64,000 nucleotides of DNA from Lama glama. Taxonomy: Eukaryota. The DNA lies in assembly GCA_028534125.1 (NCBI GenBank), contig CM052818.1, forward strand, positions 44,766,001 through 44,830,000. Direction: 5' to 3'. The notes beneath the pieces are model-generated. The model was given only the letters and a program-made list of their open reading frames with translations. It was not told where the DNA came from and did not search any database. A program made the position numbers and the translations under genes. This document shows positions 27,645 through 39,765 of the stretch, piece by piece (position 1 is the first letter of the stretch; the number at the start of each line of letters is the position of its first letter).

Positions 27645-28546
27645 AATGTTTCTTAAATCGGAATCGCTCATTTGTAGTCTTCCAAGATTTGTTGTACAAT
27701 TGTGACTGTCTTCTGCTTAGAATTTTTTAAAAAGTTTAATTCCTATTTAATCCCATTTAATCTTAGGTATAGGAGTGGTCTCCACAGAGAAAATGTTTAT
27801 ATTCTAAAATACGTACTTTGGTTTCTTGGAGTAACCACGAGTGGTTTTTAAACTGAACATGGTGTTGCGGGGGTTGTGGGCAAGGGTGGGTATTTCCTCT
27901 GAAGCATACCGACTGCGGTGCGCTCTGAAAGTTGAATTAAGGAGTAATCACATGCTCCACCCCAAAAGGACAACTGAATTATCTGTAGAATTATTTCCTC
28001 TGCACACTTAACCATAAGACCTTTTTATTTAGTATCAAATTGGGAGAGATGAAAAGAATGATTATATTTAGTTTTGGCAAGGGCGTGAGATGAGGCCCTC
28101 ACCCACTGCGTAAAATTGATAGAATCTTCGTTCTGTCAGCAGGTGTAGCAGTACACTTCAAAAGACCCTTTTACTCAACAATTCCACATCTTGGAACTTA
28201 ACTAAAGGGAACAGAGATGCATATCAAAATTTAGCTACTAGGAGATTCATTAAAGTATTGTGCAAAGTAGTAAAACTGGAGACACTCTGAATTTCCTATA
28301 TTGGGGTAAATTTGCAGATAATCTATGCAGTTAAATACTATGCAGCCATAAAAAGTAGAGTGGAAATACATTTGTTATTTTATAGAAATCTATCTCGTAA
28401 AAATTAGCCATGATTTTAGGCAGTCTGTAGAATTTCTGTAGGTGTCTATGCTTACTGATCAAGAAGAAATAAATGGGTTTTTTTCAATGAGTTGAGAAAG
28501 AAATGCTATTTAAAATTTTACAAGTTGTCTTTGTTTTGTTTCCCAG

Positions 28547-28763
28547 AAGCTCTAAAAGTGAAGAGACCTCGTTTTGATGTATCACTGGTTTATTTAACTC
28601 GAAAATTTATGGATCTTGTCAGATCTGCTCCTGGGGGTATTCTTGACTTAAACAAGGTTGCAACAAAACTGGGAGTACGGAAACGAAGAGTGTATGACAT
28701 CACCAATGTCTTGGATGGAATTGATCTGGTTGAAAAAAAGTCTAAGAATCATATTCGATGGAT
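28547..28763 (+). CDS. E2F6: E2F6 coding exon 3 (winged-helix DNA-binding domain)
   Basis: [71 protein letters not shown] contains the RRxYD motif; acceptor CCCAG| and donor |GTAAGC. Confidence 0.98.
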
Positions 28764-30397
28764 GTAAGCTGATTTCAGACTTTGCATGTTTTTTCCCCTT
28801 CTCATGAAGTGATGATACTATGCTTAAAACAAATTAGATACTAGCAGTGTTTTGACTATTAAAACAAAGATGCGAATTTTTGTTAGAGAAGGATTCTATA
28901 AAATTGTCTTACATTGTCCCACAAAGTATGTAAATAATTTTTTCCTGCTTAGAGTAGAATATCATTGGTACCATTCATTCTAATATTATGGAAAATCATT
29001 CTAGTATTATGGTAAAGTTAAATGAAATCATGATTAGTTTTAAGAGTTTTGCTTTTCAAGATAAGACAGGGGAATCTGACTGCACAGGAGTTTTTTGTTT
29101 TTGTTTTTGTTTTTAATATTTCCTTAGTTTCAGTTGATTGTTGACATTGGGAAGTAGTTAAGGCTGTAAAACAGTGGTTCTTGCACAGTGTGTAACAAAC
29201 ACTTGGAGGCCTCCCTCCCTCCCCAGAGGCTGTTACTCAGTGCCGGCAGAGGGCAGATGTCTCACTTTTTAACAACTACCCTCTGGTTACGACATTCGGA
29301 ACACAGTGCCCAGGATGTGAAAAAAGAGGAGTCTTAATGTCTACAAGGTAATTGCTAAAGACAGCGTATAGTTAGGAAGGATCTCAGAGACCTTATGGTA
29401 GAGGTGCAGACATAGATACAGGTGTGTGCGTGTGCATGCGTGCGCATGGGGGCACACACACAGGGAGAAGGCTGTTGTACTTACAATAGGCAAGTATTTT
29501 GGATCAGTAAGAAATAGTTCCAGGGTATAATAGTTCCAGAGACCTTTCAGGCAAATGAAAACTCTACCAACAAAGATTGTAAAATGACTCTAAAATTAAC
29601 TTAGCTGTTAGAGGAAAGGGGTTCATAAGGGAGGTTACTTCTTCAATGGTACGGAAATGCAAATTGAATTGTAATTTGAGAATGTTTGCAAAATAACATT
29701 AAACAGCACTTCAGGGGTTAATATCAGATTATGTTCTGAATCACTAATTTGGGAACTAGCAAGCGAAAGATAAAGTAGCAGCCTTTTCCCTCTGTATTTT
29801 CTGTAAAGATTGAAGAAAACAATGAATAACAGTTGTTACTCAGGTCATGTCATATTGGGGTAGATAGTAATAAAGAAAATATATCTTTTAAAAATTGTAT
29901 AATCATATTCAGATAGAACCGGATAAAAAATGCACAGTAGGGAAAAATAAAGACTCAATTTTAGCAGAGGAACCATGATTTGGCCAATAGTCCTTGTATT
30001 TCATCTGTAAAAACTAAGGGATTCAAAGATTGTAACTTGTCAAGTCACGCTGTAAGAAGTAGAGCTGGGGATAAAACCGGGTGTTGTTGATTCTTAGCCC
30101 AGTGCTCATTCAACTTCATTCAGCTTTGCGTGCTACTGCTAATTTCCATAGGGTTATAGAGTTGGTTTTGTTTTTTAAAGTCCCTATGTAAGAGAATAGA
30201 ACTGGAGACAAAAACCAGAAGGAACGATGGTTGTCTAGAATAATGGGAGGACAGGAGTGGAGTTCAGTTCCTGGTTTCTGTCTGTCATTGTGGGAAACAC
30301 CTGCTGCAAATATTTGAAGAAGCTCCAGTGAGTGACTTAACTGGTATTGTTTTGTGATCTCCTAGATGGTATTGATGGTGATCTTTTTCTTTTAAAG

Positions 30398-30553
30398 AGG
30401 ATCAGATCTTAGCAATTTTGGAGCCATGCCCCAACAGAAGAAGCTGCAGGAGGAACTTTCTGACTTGTCAGCGATGGAAGATGCTCTGGATGAGTTAATT
30501 AAGGATTGTGCTCAGCAGTTGTTTGAGTTGACAGATGACAAAGAAAATGAAAG
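30398..30553 (+). CDS. E2F6: E2F6 coding exon 4 (coiled-coil dimerisation region)
   Basis: GSDLSNFGAMPQQKKLQEELSDLSAMEDALDELIKDCAQQLFELTDDKENE; ends at the U12 donor |ATATCCTTT. Confidence 0.96.
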
Positions 30554-31598
30554 ATATCCTTTAACTCTGTGCCTTTTAAAAAAATTTCTTCTTCCTGGCA
30601 GGTTTCTTTGAGTAGTAGGGTCAGCTTAGGGATTTAATTAGTATATTGAAGATACAAAATTAGACCTTTAGAAGTGAATGAACTGCTGTAGAAATGGTAC
30701 TTAAACTGCCATCCTAATTCACAAAGCCTGGTCGAATGTCGATGCTCTTCTTAAGCTCCGAGTCCCCGGGACCAGAGTAGGAGACTTGCCTTCGGTGCTG
30801 ACCTCCTCCTGGGTCTCCTAGACTGTTTGGCACCTGTTTCCCTGTGGCACCTTTCTGAGGTGTCACTGATTTTGAGCTGTTCCATGCTTCACATTTACGT
30901 ATTATCTCCACACCAGTCATAACTCCTGTTTCCACAGTTTCAGTTATTAGAAGGAAAATAAATGCTATTACTACACCCAATCAAAAGGTCTGTGGAGTCA
31001 AAAAAGAATGCTGGGGAAACCCAGTAAATCACGTAATTGGTGAAATTTCAGGCAACACAATAAAATAAGATGAAAAAAATTCAGGTAGTGAGATGGAAAG
31101 TAATTTTGGGTGAGGAAAATCCCCTGAATACACGATGGTCCAGAAAACCTGATTCTCTAAGTTGTTTCTACTTTTCACAGATTCTTTCCACCTTACATTT
31201 TAGAAGATTCTCATCAGACTGAATATTTTTTCCCAAAGGTCCTCATAGTAAGCTCTAGCAGTGAATAGGGAAGAGAGTGGGGAGGTTTGAATACCTTCAT
31301 GCATTATATTTATGGTTCAGACTTTATTAATATTTTTCTCCAGAAATTGTCATCATACCCACAGTAGTACAGTTTAAAGAGATTTTTTGAGTTACAAATA
31401 TTGTAAGAAACTTTATAAAATTTTAAGAATTGTTGATGAAATAATGAGGATTATATACGAAATTATTTTTTTACTACTTTCCTTAATCGTGAGTTTGTAT
31501 TCCATAAAAACTGAAGCTATTCTAAAATTACACACATTCATGTGTTATGGGATAAATTATCTCCCCACTCTGCTTGGAGATCCTTGACTGATTTTTAC
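30554..31598 (+). other. E2F6: U12-type (minor spliceosome) AT-AC intron of E2F6
   Basis: 5' ATATCCTTT, branch point TCCTTGAC at 31581-31588, 3' TTTTTAC|. Splicing here gives in-frame ...[12 protein letters not shown]. Confidence 0.95.
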
Positions 31599-31713
31599 AC
31601 TAGCATATGTGACGTATCAAGATATTCATAGCATTCAAGCCTTCCATGAACAGATTGTTATCGCAGTTAAAGCTCCAGCAGAAACCAGATTGGATGTTCC
31701 AGCTCCCAGAGAA
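31599..31713 (+). CDS. E2F6: E2F6 coding exon 5 (marked box)
   Basis: [38 protein letters not shown]; donor |GTAGGT. Confidence 0.96.
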
Positions 31714-33369
31714 GTAGGTAGCCCTGCATTTTTAAGATTTAAGAGGGAAGCAGGCCAGCTGCTTAGGCTGCGCTTTATTGCAGGCATAGTAACCCGATAA
31801 CCTCTCTGTCCACGTTAGCGGCATGCCTGATGCTGGTTCGGGCTTGTTACACGTTTTAACTTGTTTGGAGTAGCACCACAAATGGAGTAGCAGTCATGAT
31901 GATTATCCTTTTAAAGATGAGGAATCTGAAGCACAGAAACATTGATAAACTCTCACAATGACACAGGAAGTGACCGAATCGTTTGACTTCTGGGTTTGTT
32001 GTTAACCGTTGTATTTCAGTGCCTCTTAGCGGGATTACCAAGAATTGGCGTCAGTGTTAAAGTTCCAAAAGTAAGATCTGGTGTCAGCCAGGGCTCTAGG
32101 GAATTAACTCACTCACCCAACTCATAAAAGACTAATGAATAAAAGAGAATACTGAGTCACACATTTAAAATGAAAAGTGAAATGGCTGTGTCAGTGAAAA
32201 TGTTGTTAGCTGCCAGCTGCTCAGCACACTTTTTCTTGCGAGAAAGTTTGTATTGAAAGATAGTTGTCATCAGAAGTTTTCCTGGTAAGGATGGAACCAG
32301 AACCAAGTAATGTGGCCATTCTTGGAGCAAGTCAAGTTCCGACAGCCCCTTGGTGCTAGAGTGATGTCCTCCTCGTTGTGAGAGGGGCTTAACCTCCCTC
32401 AGAGTAGAGCAATTTCTCACCACCCGCCTTTCCTGTCATCCCCAGCAGAGCACTGTCCGTGTGAGACCCCGGTTGCTGTTTGTCAGTGTACTGTAGGTAA
32501 AGGAACAGCTTTCTTTTACTCCAGTCACACTCAAATTGTGTCTTCTTAGTAATACTTCCTAGTTGTTTTATTTAGTTGTGGGTATATTCCAGATCTCCTA
32601 AGTAACATGTATATTTAATATGGCACATTTCACATAGTCACATTCATACGTAACTTATCACTAGTCTTTCAACACATCCTCACTTTGGGGCATGGTAGTC
32701 CATTTCCGCAGTGACTGATGAGTTTTTGTTTTTTCCCCTGTACTGTGAGCTGCTTCAGGCTGTAATTGCCAAATCTTGCTGAGCCTTTGATCAGGCCCAA
32801 GATGTCTCTTAGAGTCCCATTTAAAAGCCGAGGAACGTGGGCCCTCTTGGCAGCCATTCTTAGCAGTAGGGAAAGTCAGTGGGAGCGATGGACAAAGAGT
32901 CCAATTCCACAGAGATATGGGGAGAGGTCTGGGGATCTAGTGCTGGGGCGGATGGACTGGCCTTCAGGTCAAGTCCAGCCTGCTGGGCTTTTGTAAATAA
33001 TTGCATCAGGACACAGCCGCATGCCCGTTTGTTTAGATATTGTCGCTGGCTGCTTTCACTCTGTAATGGCAAAGGTGTGTAGTTGTGAGAGGGATGATAT
33101 GACCTGCAAAGTCAAAAATATTTACTACCTCGCCCTGCCCAGAAGACTTTGGCCAATCCCTGACTTAATAGACCCTGTGATCCTCAGCCGCCGCTTCTGA
33201 GCAGCTTACCGGTTTCCTTGCTTCAGAAGTATTGAGTTGTGCAGGGTGTACCCTTCAAACCAGACCTGGCCTGGCCATCTATGAGCTGAGCACAGATGTT
33301 CTTCAGCCCATCTGCCTGCTACCAGGAAGCTACGGGAAGGGCGATGACACTGGAGGTCCAGAGACCCTC

Positions 33370-33441
33370 TGCTGTGAGGTCACAGTGTGCTGTGAGGTCA
33401 CAGTGTGCTGTGAGGTCACAGTGTGCTGTGAGGTCACAGTG
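33370..33441. repeat. minisatellite, 4 x 18 bp (TGCTGTGAGGTCACAGTG)
   Basis: Four exact tandem units in E2F6 intron 5. Confidence 0.95.
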
Positions 33442-34137
33442 AGCAGGAAGGGCGTGGGGTGCCAGGTACCTAGCCCAGGCCTAACCGTCTGGGAGGAAAG
33501 GAAATAGACTTGACTTTGCCGTTGAAGCCACTCCCAGTCAAAACAACAAAGGAGTCCTCTATGACTGAACTGTTCCCTAAGAATTTAGCACAATTCCCAG
33601 TAGAAGCAACTGATTACCTGGTATCTTTTGGATTTAACGTTTTAAATTTCAATAGGTATATTTTGGCGTGGCTTCATCCTCTTTTTCAAGTGGATGGAAG
33701 AATAATCCTTTCATTCAGCTCAGTACCTCTCCAGTGGTCTGAAATCTTAGCACACTGTTATCATTTGAGTTGACAGACTGTTTTAGATTTCTTTGTCATC
33801 AGAACACTGATTTTGGAGTCTCCAGTTCAGACTTCTTAAAGGGGCCAACTCCTTGAGGAGAGACAGATGAGCTCCTGCGTGCTGAGGTGGTCCCCTTTGG
33901 GCTCTGAAGCCTCCCCTGTATGACCGGGTAGCTGGTTTAACTGTGTGTGTTGGCCAGTGGTTTCATGTGACTAAAGCTAACTGAGTGTATGATTTTCTCA
34001 AATATGTGATGGAAAGGAAACTACCTAAATTAAAATTTTCAGAAGTGTTCCTTGGAACATTTGCAGTTCTAGTAAGTGAAAAACTATAATGAATGAATTT
34101 TCTCATTCGTCTCGGTGTTTCATGTGTCATTTGCTAG

Positions 34138-34279
34138 GATTCCATCACAGTGCATATAAGGAGCACCAAGGGGCCCATTGATGTTTATTTATGTGAAGTG
34201 GAGCAGGGTCACTCAAGTAATAAACGGTCGGATGGTACCTCCTCATCTAAAAGCAAACATCCAGAACACCCTAATAAAG
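34138..34279 (+). CDS. E2F6: E2F6 coding exon 6
   Basis: Acceptor TTGCTAG|, translation DSITVHIRSTKGPIDVYLCEVEQGHSSNKRSDGTSSSKSKHPEHPNK, donor |GTAAGT. Confidence 0.96.
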
Positions 34280-34600
34280 GTAAGTGCACCAGTTTTGTGA
34301 CTAGGAAAATCTAGGATTCTAATGATTTTTTAAATATATATAGTTTTATAAATGACTGTTACGGCCTTATAGATATTTTTACTCTTCCTAGCTGTCTGTG
34401 TCCTCTGATGGTCCTTCCAGGTACATGTTTGAGTTCTGGTTTACTCTTGGGAAACTGAAAACTTGAGGCTTAGGCCATTAACATAAGATTATGGTTCCTG
34501 ACTCGGGTCTTCCGGTTTCCTTCAGCACTTGGGCTGTGTGTTCTATTACCTGCCTTTCAGACCTTCACATAGAATGGTTTCTCTCGGGTTTATTTTTCAG

Positions 34601-34650
34601 AAGAAAATCCTCCACAGCAAAATGAAGAATTGCTCGAAGTGAGCAACTGA
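34601..34650 (+). CDS. E2F6: E2F6 last coding exon (to TGA)
   Basis: Acceptor TTTTTCAG|, translation (E)ENPPQQNEELLEVSN*. Total CDS 108+55+217+156+115+142+50 = 843 nt, 280 aa. Confidence 0.95.
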
Positions 34651-35340
34651 TGGCGTCTGAGGATTGGTGTGCTGGGTCCTGTTGGAACATTCTGCGTGGA
34701 TGAATTCTACTTCAGATGTGATTCTCAGAGCAATAAATCATCCCTGACGTTTCTCATTCTCAGTAGCAGCAGTCAGGCCAGTAGTACCTTTGAATAGTTC
34801 ACTACTTAGATTACTGGATGATTATGGTTTCCGCATTTGAAAACAACTCTTTTTATAATTATTCACTGCTTTTTGTCAGTGAAATAGACATCTTGCCTCC
34901 TGAAATTACTGAATCACAAAAAATTATCACTGAAAGACAGGCAGGCTGGATGGACGGTTCTTCGTGGACTCTGCCCTTTCCTGCACGGATCATGTGTTGT
35001 TATCATGAGAGAAATTGCCTTACACGGGTTCATGTCTGCAATGGATGGTGTACACACACTCTGGACGTGATGTCTTTGTATATATTTGTATAATGTTTAG
35101 ATGACTTATGAAATATGTCTGAGTGAAACTTTTCACCCTTGTACAGCCGAAATAATGTATATATGGAAAGTAGCAGACATATTCTCTAACTTCTGTGGTA
35201 TCTGTAACTTATTAGAATCCTCTGAATGAGGGTTAGAGGCAAGTTTTTTCCTAACTTCTACATGTAGAAGTATCATAAATATGCTACACATTTGAAGTTC
35301 ATGGATTTAATTAAAGCATTTCAATGAGGTTCCCAGTGCT
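34651..35340 (+). other. E2F6: E2F6 3' UTR (minimum extent; true end uncertain)
   Basis: Follows the stop codon. Candidate poly(A) signals AATAAA at 34732-34737 and ATTAAA at 35310-35315. Confidence 0.55.
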
Positions 35341-36699
35341 AAAATTGGACTTCAAGCTCCCTACAGAGCCATCGTGTCTGAGCAGACTGGTGGCACACCC
35401 CAAGCTTTGGGGGCAAGTGTAGAAATGCCATCACGTCATGACTTAATTCCTTGCAAGACATGAATTCAATCATGGTAAAAACTGCAAAGTATTTTAACCT
35501 TTTTTGCAAGCAGATTTTGTGATGTGTTTCTGTAAGCAGCCTTGCCCTTCAGTCAGAGGGGTTTCCTTACGACGTGCTAGTTGTCCCCTACCCTCTCTCC
35601 CGCTCTTGTCCCACATTTCCAAGTACCTAGCTCTTTCTACCTCATGGGTAAGTCATTTACCACTGTGCCTCAGTAACTCAGTAGTTTACCATTAGACTGT
35701 GAGCTCCTTGGGGGATTGTCTTAATCATTGTTAAACCCAACGCCTTGCACCATCCCTGGCACATAAAAAGTGCTCAGTAAACATTTGAACAAATCAGTGA
35801 GTGAGTGCTTGGGTGCGTGAGTGAATTGTAAAATTAATAATAATACTTGGCTTGTCTACCATACAAGGTTCTTGTGTCATTCAGATTCATATTTTAAACT
35901 TCTCTTGCTTTTAAAGAAAGAATTGAAGCAACTTGAAATTAAGACCATGTATAAAGAGTTAGCATGGGAATCAAAAATCAAAATATTGAAAAATAATGCT
36001 GAGAATTTAGGATTTGCATACCCTTGAGCTCCAGTGGCTTTCGCCAGGCCTATCCCTCCGCTGAGCACCAGCCTCCTCCCTCCTCACCGTCCCTGTCGGC
36101 TGCTTCTGTGAGCCTGGGACCGCCCGTCGTGCACCTCATCTCGGGCACACGTGGTGAATGTCAGAGCTCAGGCAGAAGCTGTGTGTCTGTAGGTCAGGTG
36201 CTCCCCGGGCTGCCCCAGCTCCGCACCGTAGACTTGGCAGATGTCGGTTTATCTGCAGTGGCTGAAACCTGGGGGTCGATGAGGTCGCCTGAAGAGAGGG
36301 CCCAGCAGGAGAACAGGAGAGGACCGATGACAAGTATTTTAAGGGGAAATACAGGAGAAAAGGCTTTCCTGAGAAGGAAGAGTGAGAGGAGGGGAGAAAC
36401 GACTAGAGAAGGTAGTGCCTTTCCACAGGTGACAGCGGCGTCTCAGAGCAGCAGTTCCTCACTTGTGAAATGTGACATATTTCCACTTTGCAGATTGTTC
36501 TGAGAGTAACATGAGATCATGTAAGCGACAGTCCTTTGTAAACTGTAGACGTGTTCTATAAATGAAGATGCTCTCCATCGCTCTGACTTCTGGTGTCTGG
36601 TCTCTTCTTTTCACAACTGCTAGAGGAAGCATGGCCAGAACTCGCTTCCAGGCTCTTCCTCCCACTCTGTCCTGAACCCTCTGCCCATCTCTCTGTGTA

Positions 36700-37200
36700 C
36701 GTTTTATCCTGCTTCGCAGATACTGGGTTTTTTTTTTATAATTGAAAGTTTGTGGCCACCCTGTGTCCAGCAAGTCCGCAGGCACTAGTTTTCCAGTAGC
36801 ATTTGCTCATTTCACATCTCTGTGTCAGGTTTTGGTAATTATCACAATATTTCAAACTTTTTCATTATTGTTTTATTTGTCATAAATATAAAACTTGAAC
36901 GACCGGGGGGTTGTTTCTTACTAATGAGCAAAAGAAGGTGGTTTCTTTGAGTTGGAGTCTACTCGTAAGGCTGCTGAAGTGACAGCCCAAGGTGGAGAAT
37001 AAGATGTAAACCCAGTTGACAAGCGGCGGCAGAGCTCAAGAGGCTTGACGTCAGCTTTGAAAAGTTCTCCTGTGGGTGAAATGCCATCAGACTGCATTGT
37101 GTGCCACAGAGGAACCACCTGTGAAAGAAAGTCAATCAGTGTGGCCGACTTCACCGTTGTCTTATTTTAAGAAATGAAATCGGCTTACTGCTCCAGCCTC
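36700..37200 (+). mobile_element. internally deleted Tigger1-like DNA transposon
   Basis: CTTCGCAGATACTG..TTGAAAGTTTGTGGCCACCCTGTGTCCAGCAAGTC (5' part) is joined to GAGCAAAAGAAGGTGGTTTCTT..AAAGTTCTCCTGTGGGTGAAATGCCATCA..TTGTCTTATTTTAAGAAAT (3' part). Confidence 0.75.
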
Positions 37201-38665
37201 CAGCAACCGAGGAAAGCACAGGTTCCAGCTGAAACATCCCCAGGATCCTGGAGCCTCCGTCAGCCTGGATCCCCCAGAGGCTGCGTGGAATTGCCCTGCC
37301 AACCTGCGTGCGACATGGAATGTGTCAGATCACCGGGATCTGTTTGGAGTTAGTTTGTTACTGCAGCATCACCAAGCCGACGCTAACCAGTATGTTTGGG
37401 GACAACTAGCTGTCTCTGCCACAAGTCAGTGAAAGACTTGAAACAGCCTCACAGCAAACCAGTGTCACAGACCTTTGGCACATTCCCAGCTGTTGTTGGT
37501 TGCTTACGATCAGCAAAATGTGTTGATCTGTCTTTTGGCTATTAGCGTGATGGGAGTCTGACGCGAATTTGCGTAATGATTGCCATCTAGTGGAGAACTA
37601 ACAGTTTTCAGATTCCTCCACTTGCTTCCAGTCAAGCAGATGCTGCTGGAGAACAGCGCTGACGTCAAAGATAAATTTGCGGATCCCATTCCTGTTGGTG
37701 AAATGAATTCACGCTAGTTTTTACATATCAGAATCTAAACGGAGTAACTTGGGAAGAAAGAAGTTCTGCCAGGGAGCCAGCACTGTATTCTAGCCCTGCC
37801 CACTTTCCTGTGCTCGCCCTGGTCTAGTCTGCAGAGAGCGTGGTGGTCTTCATGCCCCTCAGAACCTCACACTGGTCCACGGCACTGGATCTGGGGAGCA
37901 GGAAGTAGCAAATGCATTAGATGTTTTTGTAAGACGTGTGTGTCAAAGGCAATGTGACAGACTCATTCAGTAACAAGTACTGTGTCAGACAGGGTCCAGT
38001 AGGAAAACCATGGTGGGTGTTAACATCAGTGGTGAGTTAATACAAGGGTGATTTAGCAAAAAGGCGTGCTGAGGTAGCAGATCTCAGTAATTCAGGAAGC
38101 AGCTACCACCACAGGATAAAGTAGGGTTAACCATAAATGCGAGCCCAGAGGAGAGGTCCTCATGTCGCCGGAGGAGACGCTGCACCAGTGCTCTGGTGGG
38201 GAAGGAGAGTGGTTCACTGGGGTGTAACACACTGGCGTGCAGACCGCTAACAGGTTCCAGCCACTCGTGCTGGTACTTCTGAGGGGACACCATGGCTGGT
38301 GCCAGGGCTACCGAAGGAACCTGGAAACGAGCCCTGGTGGTCCTCTGTAGCCGCAGAGATGCTGACAGGAGCTAGAAAAAGGAAGAAAGTCTCTTCCCTC
38401 CTCCTGCCTCCCATTCTACCACAGCCTGCTTCTCAGAACCCAGCCAGCAGGGGAGTGCAGGCCGTGTAGTTTGCAGAGCCCAGCCCCAGTGGGACAGCAT
38501 TGAACAGGAAGGTGGGCTTGGATCTGAGAGAGGAAACACTGGCACTGCTTTCCCTCCACAACAGCCCCATGCTGTGGCGGCCCCCGCTCTGCTCTTGGCT
38601 TACTGTGACATTAGATGAATCACCCTAATTTCATATCCGTAGGCTAATTGTAAAATCCCGTTGTG

Positions 38666-38894
38666 CAACTGACCCTTGAATAATACAGGTTTAAACTGCG
38701 CGAGTCCAGTTATATGTGGATTTTTTTCAGTAAATGCTATAGGATCACACGATCTGAGATTGGTTGAACTTGCAGATGCGGAACCCGCAGACGTGGGGTA
38801 GGCATGAGTAGGAGGGCAGATTATAAATTACATGTGGATTTTCGCCTGCACCTGGTGGGCGCCTCCCAGCCCCACACTGTTCAGGGGTTCACTG
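38666..38894. mobile_element. Tigger2/MER2-like MITE
   Basis: CAACTGACCCTTGAATAATACAGGTTTAAACTGCGCGAGTCCAGTTATATGTGGATTTTT..CTGTTCAGGGGTTCACTG. Confidence 0.7.
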
Positions 38895-39765
38895 TGGTTC
38901 TCATTGTCTGTGATTGATTCCTGAGTCCCAGAAGACCCTAAGTCCACATTGATGGCCGAGATACGGGTTGTTTCTTAGGAATTTGTGTTCAGATGGTGTG
39001 TGATATGAAACAGTTTGAACTGCATAAATGCAAACCAGCCTCCCTGGGAGCCGTCATCTTCCTCGTCTCCCCCTCCTTTCCTGTGACTGGGACAAGGATT
39101 TGCTGCAGTGATTGATGGCTCTCCTCCCCAAGGTTACCTTACCTTCTCTTTGGTCTTTTGCCAGGACACGAGCTGTGAGGAAAGCAGGTACCTAGTTCTC
39201 CCTGTAGAGCCTGAAACTCTGGTGGGAGAAGGGAGAACCTCACAGCCTTTTTAAAACCTGGAGAGTCTTATCTACAAAGGTGGCCACTTCAGCTGTTTAC
39301 ACTGCCCTCGAATTTGGGGCCAAGAATGCAGCCCACCGGTCTTCAAAATGAGCGTGTTCCAACACGGAACCCCTCCGCTCACGAATCCAGTTATGCCGCT
39401 GGGCTGGAAAGCACTCCCCAGCATTTCTGCAGCATTTGCATCACAAAGCGTAGGTGCTGTGTAGGCGGAAAGAAGAGAAACCCATCCACCCTACGGCAGA
39501 TGGGTGACGGAGCTCCTCTGCACATTTCTTCTAGAACTTAATGTAACTGTCCCCAAAGGCAGCCGTTGTAATGAAAAATAAAGAACGTAAGTGAAATTGA
39601 TGGGGGAAACACTGCTTTCAGGTTTAACCAGAATTGTATGAGGCTTGTTTTTCCCTCATACTAGCTTTTGTTGCCCATAATCAATTCATTTCTAAGAAGA
39701 GAAATTCTATTTGAATTCCGAAGTGTAAGTTTTACTCATCTTTTTTTTCTGCTTTATTCCTTCAG

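Noticed and set aside
33370..33441. CRISPR-like appearance of the short repeats
   Set aside because: No spacers and a eukaryotic context; it is a plain minisatellite.
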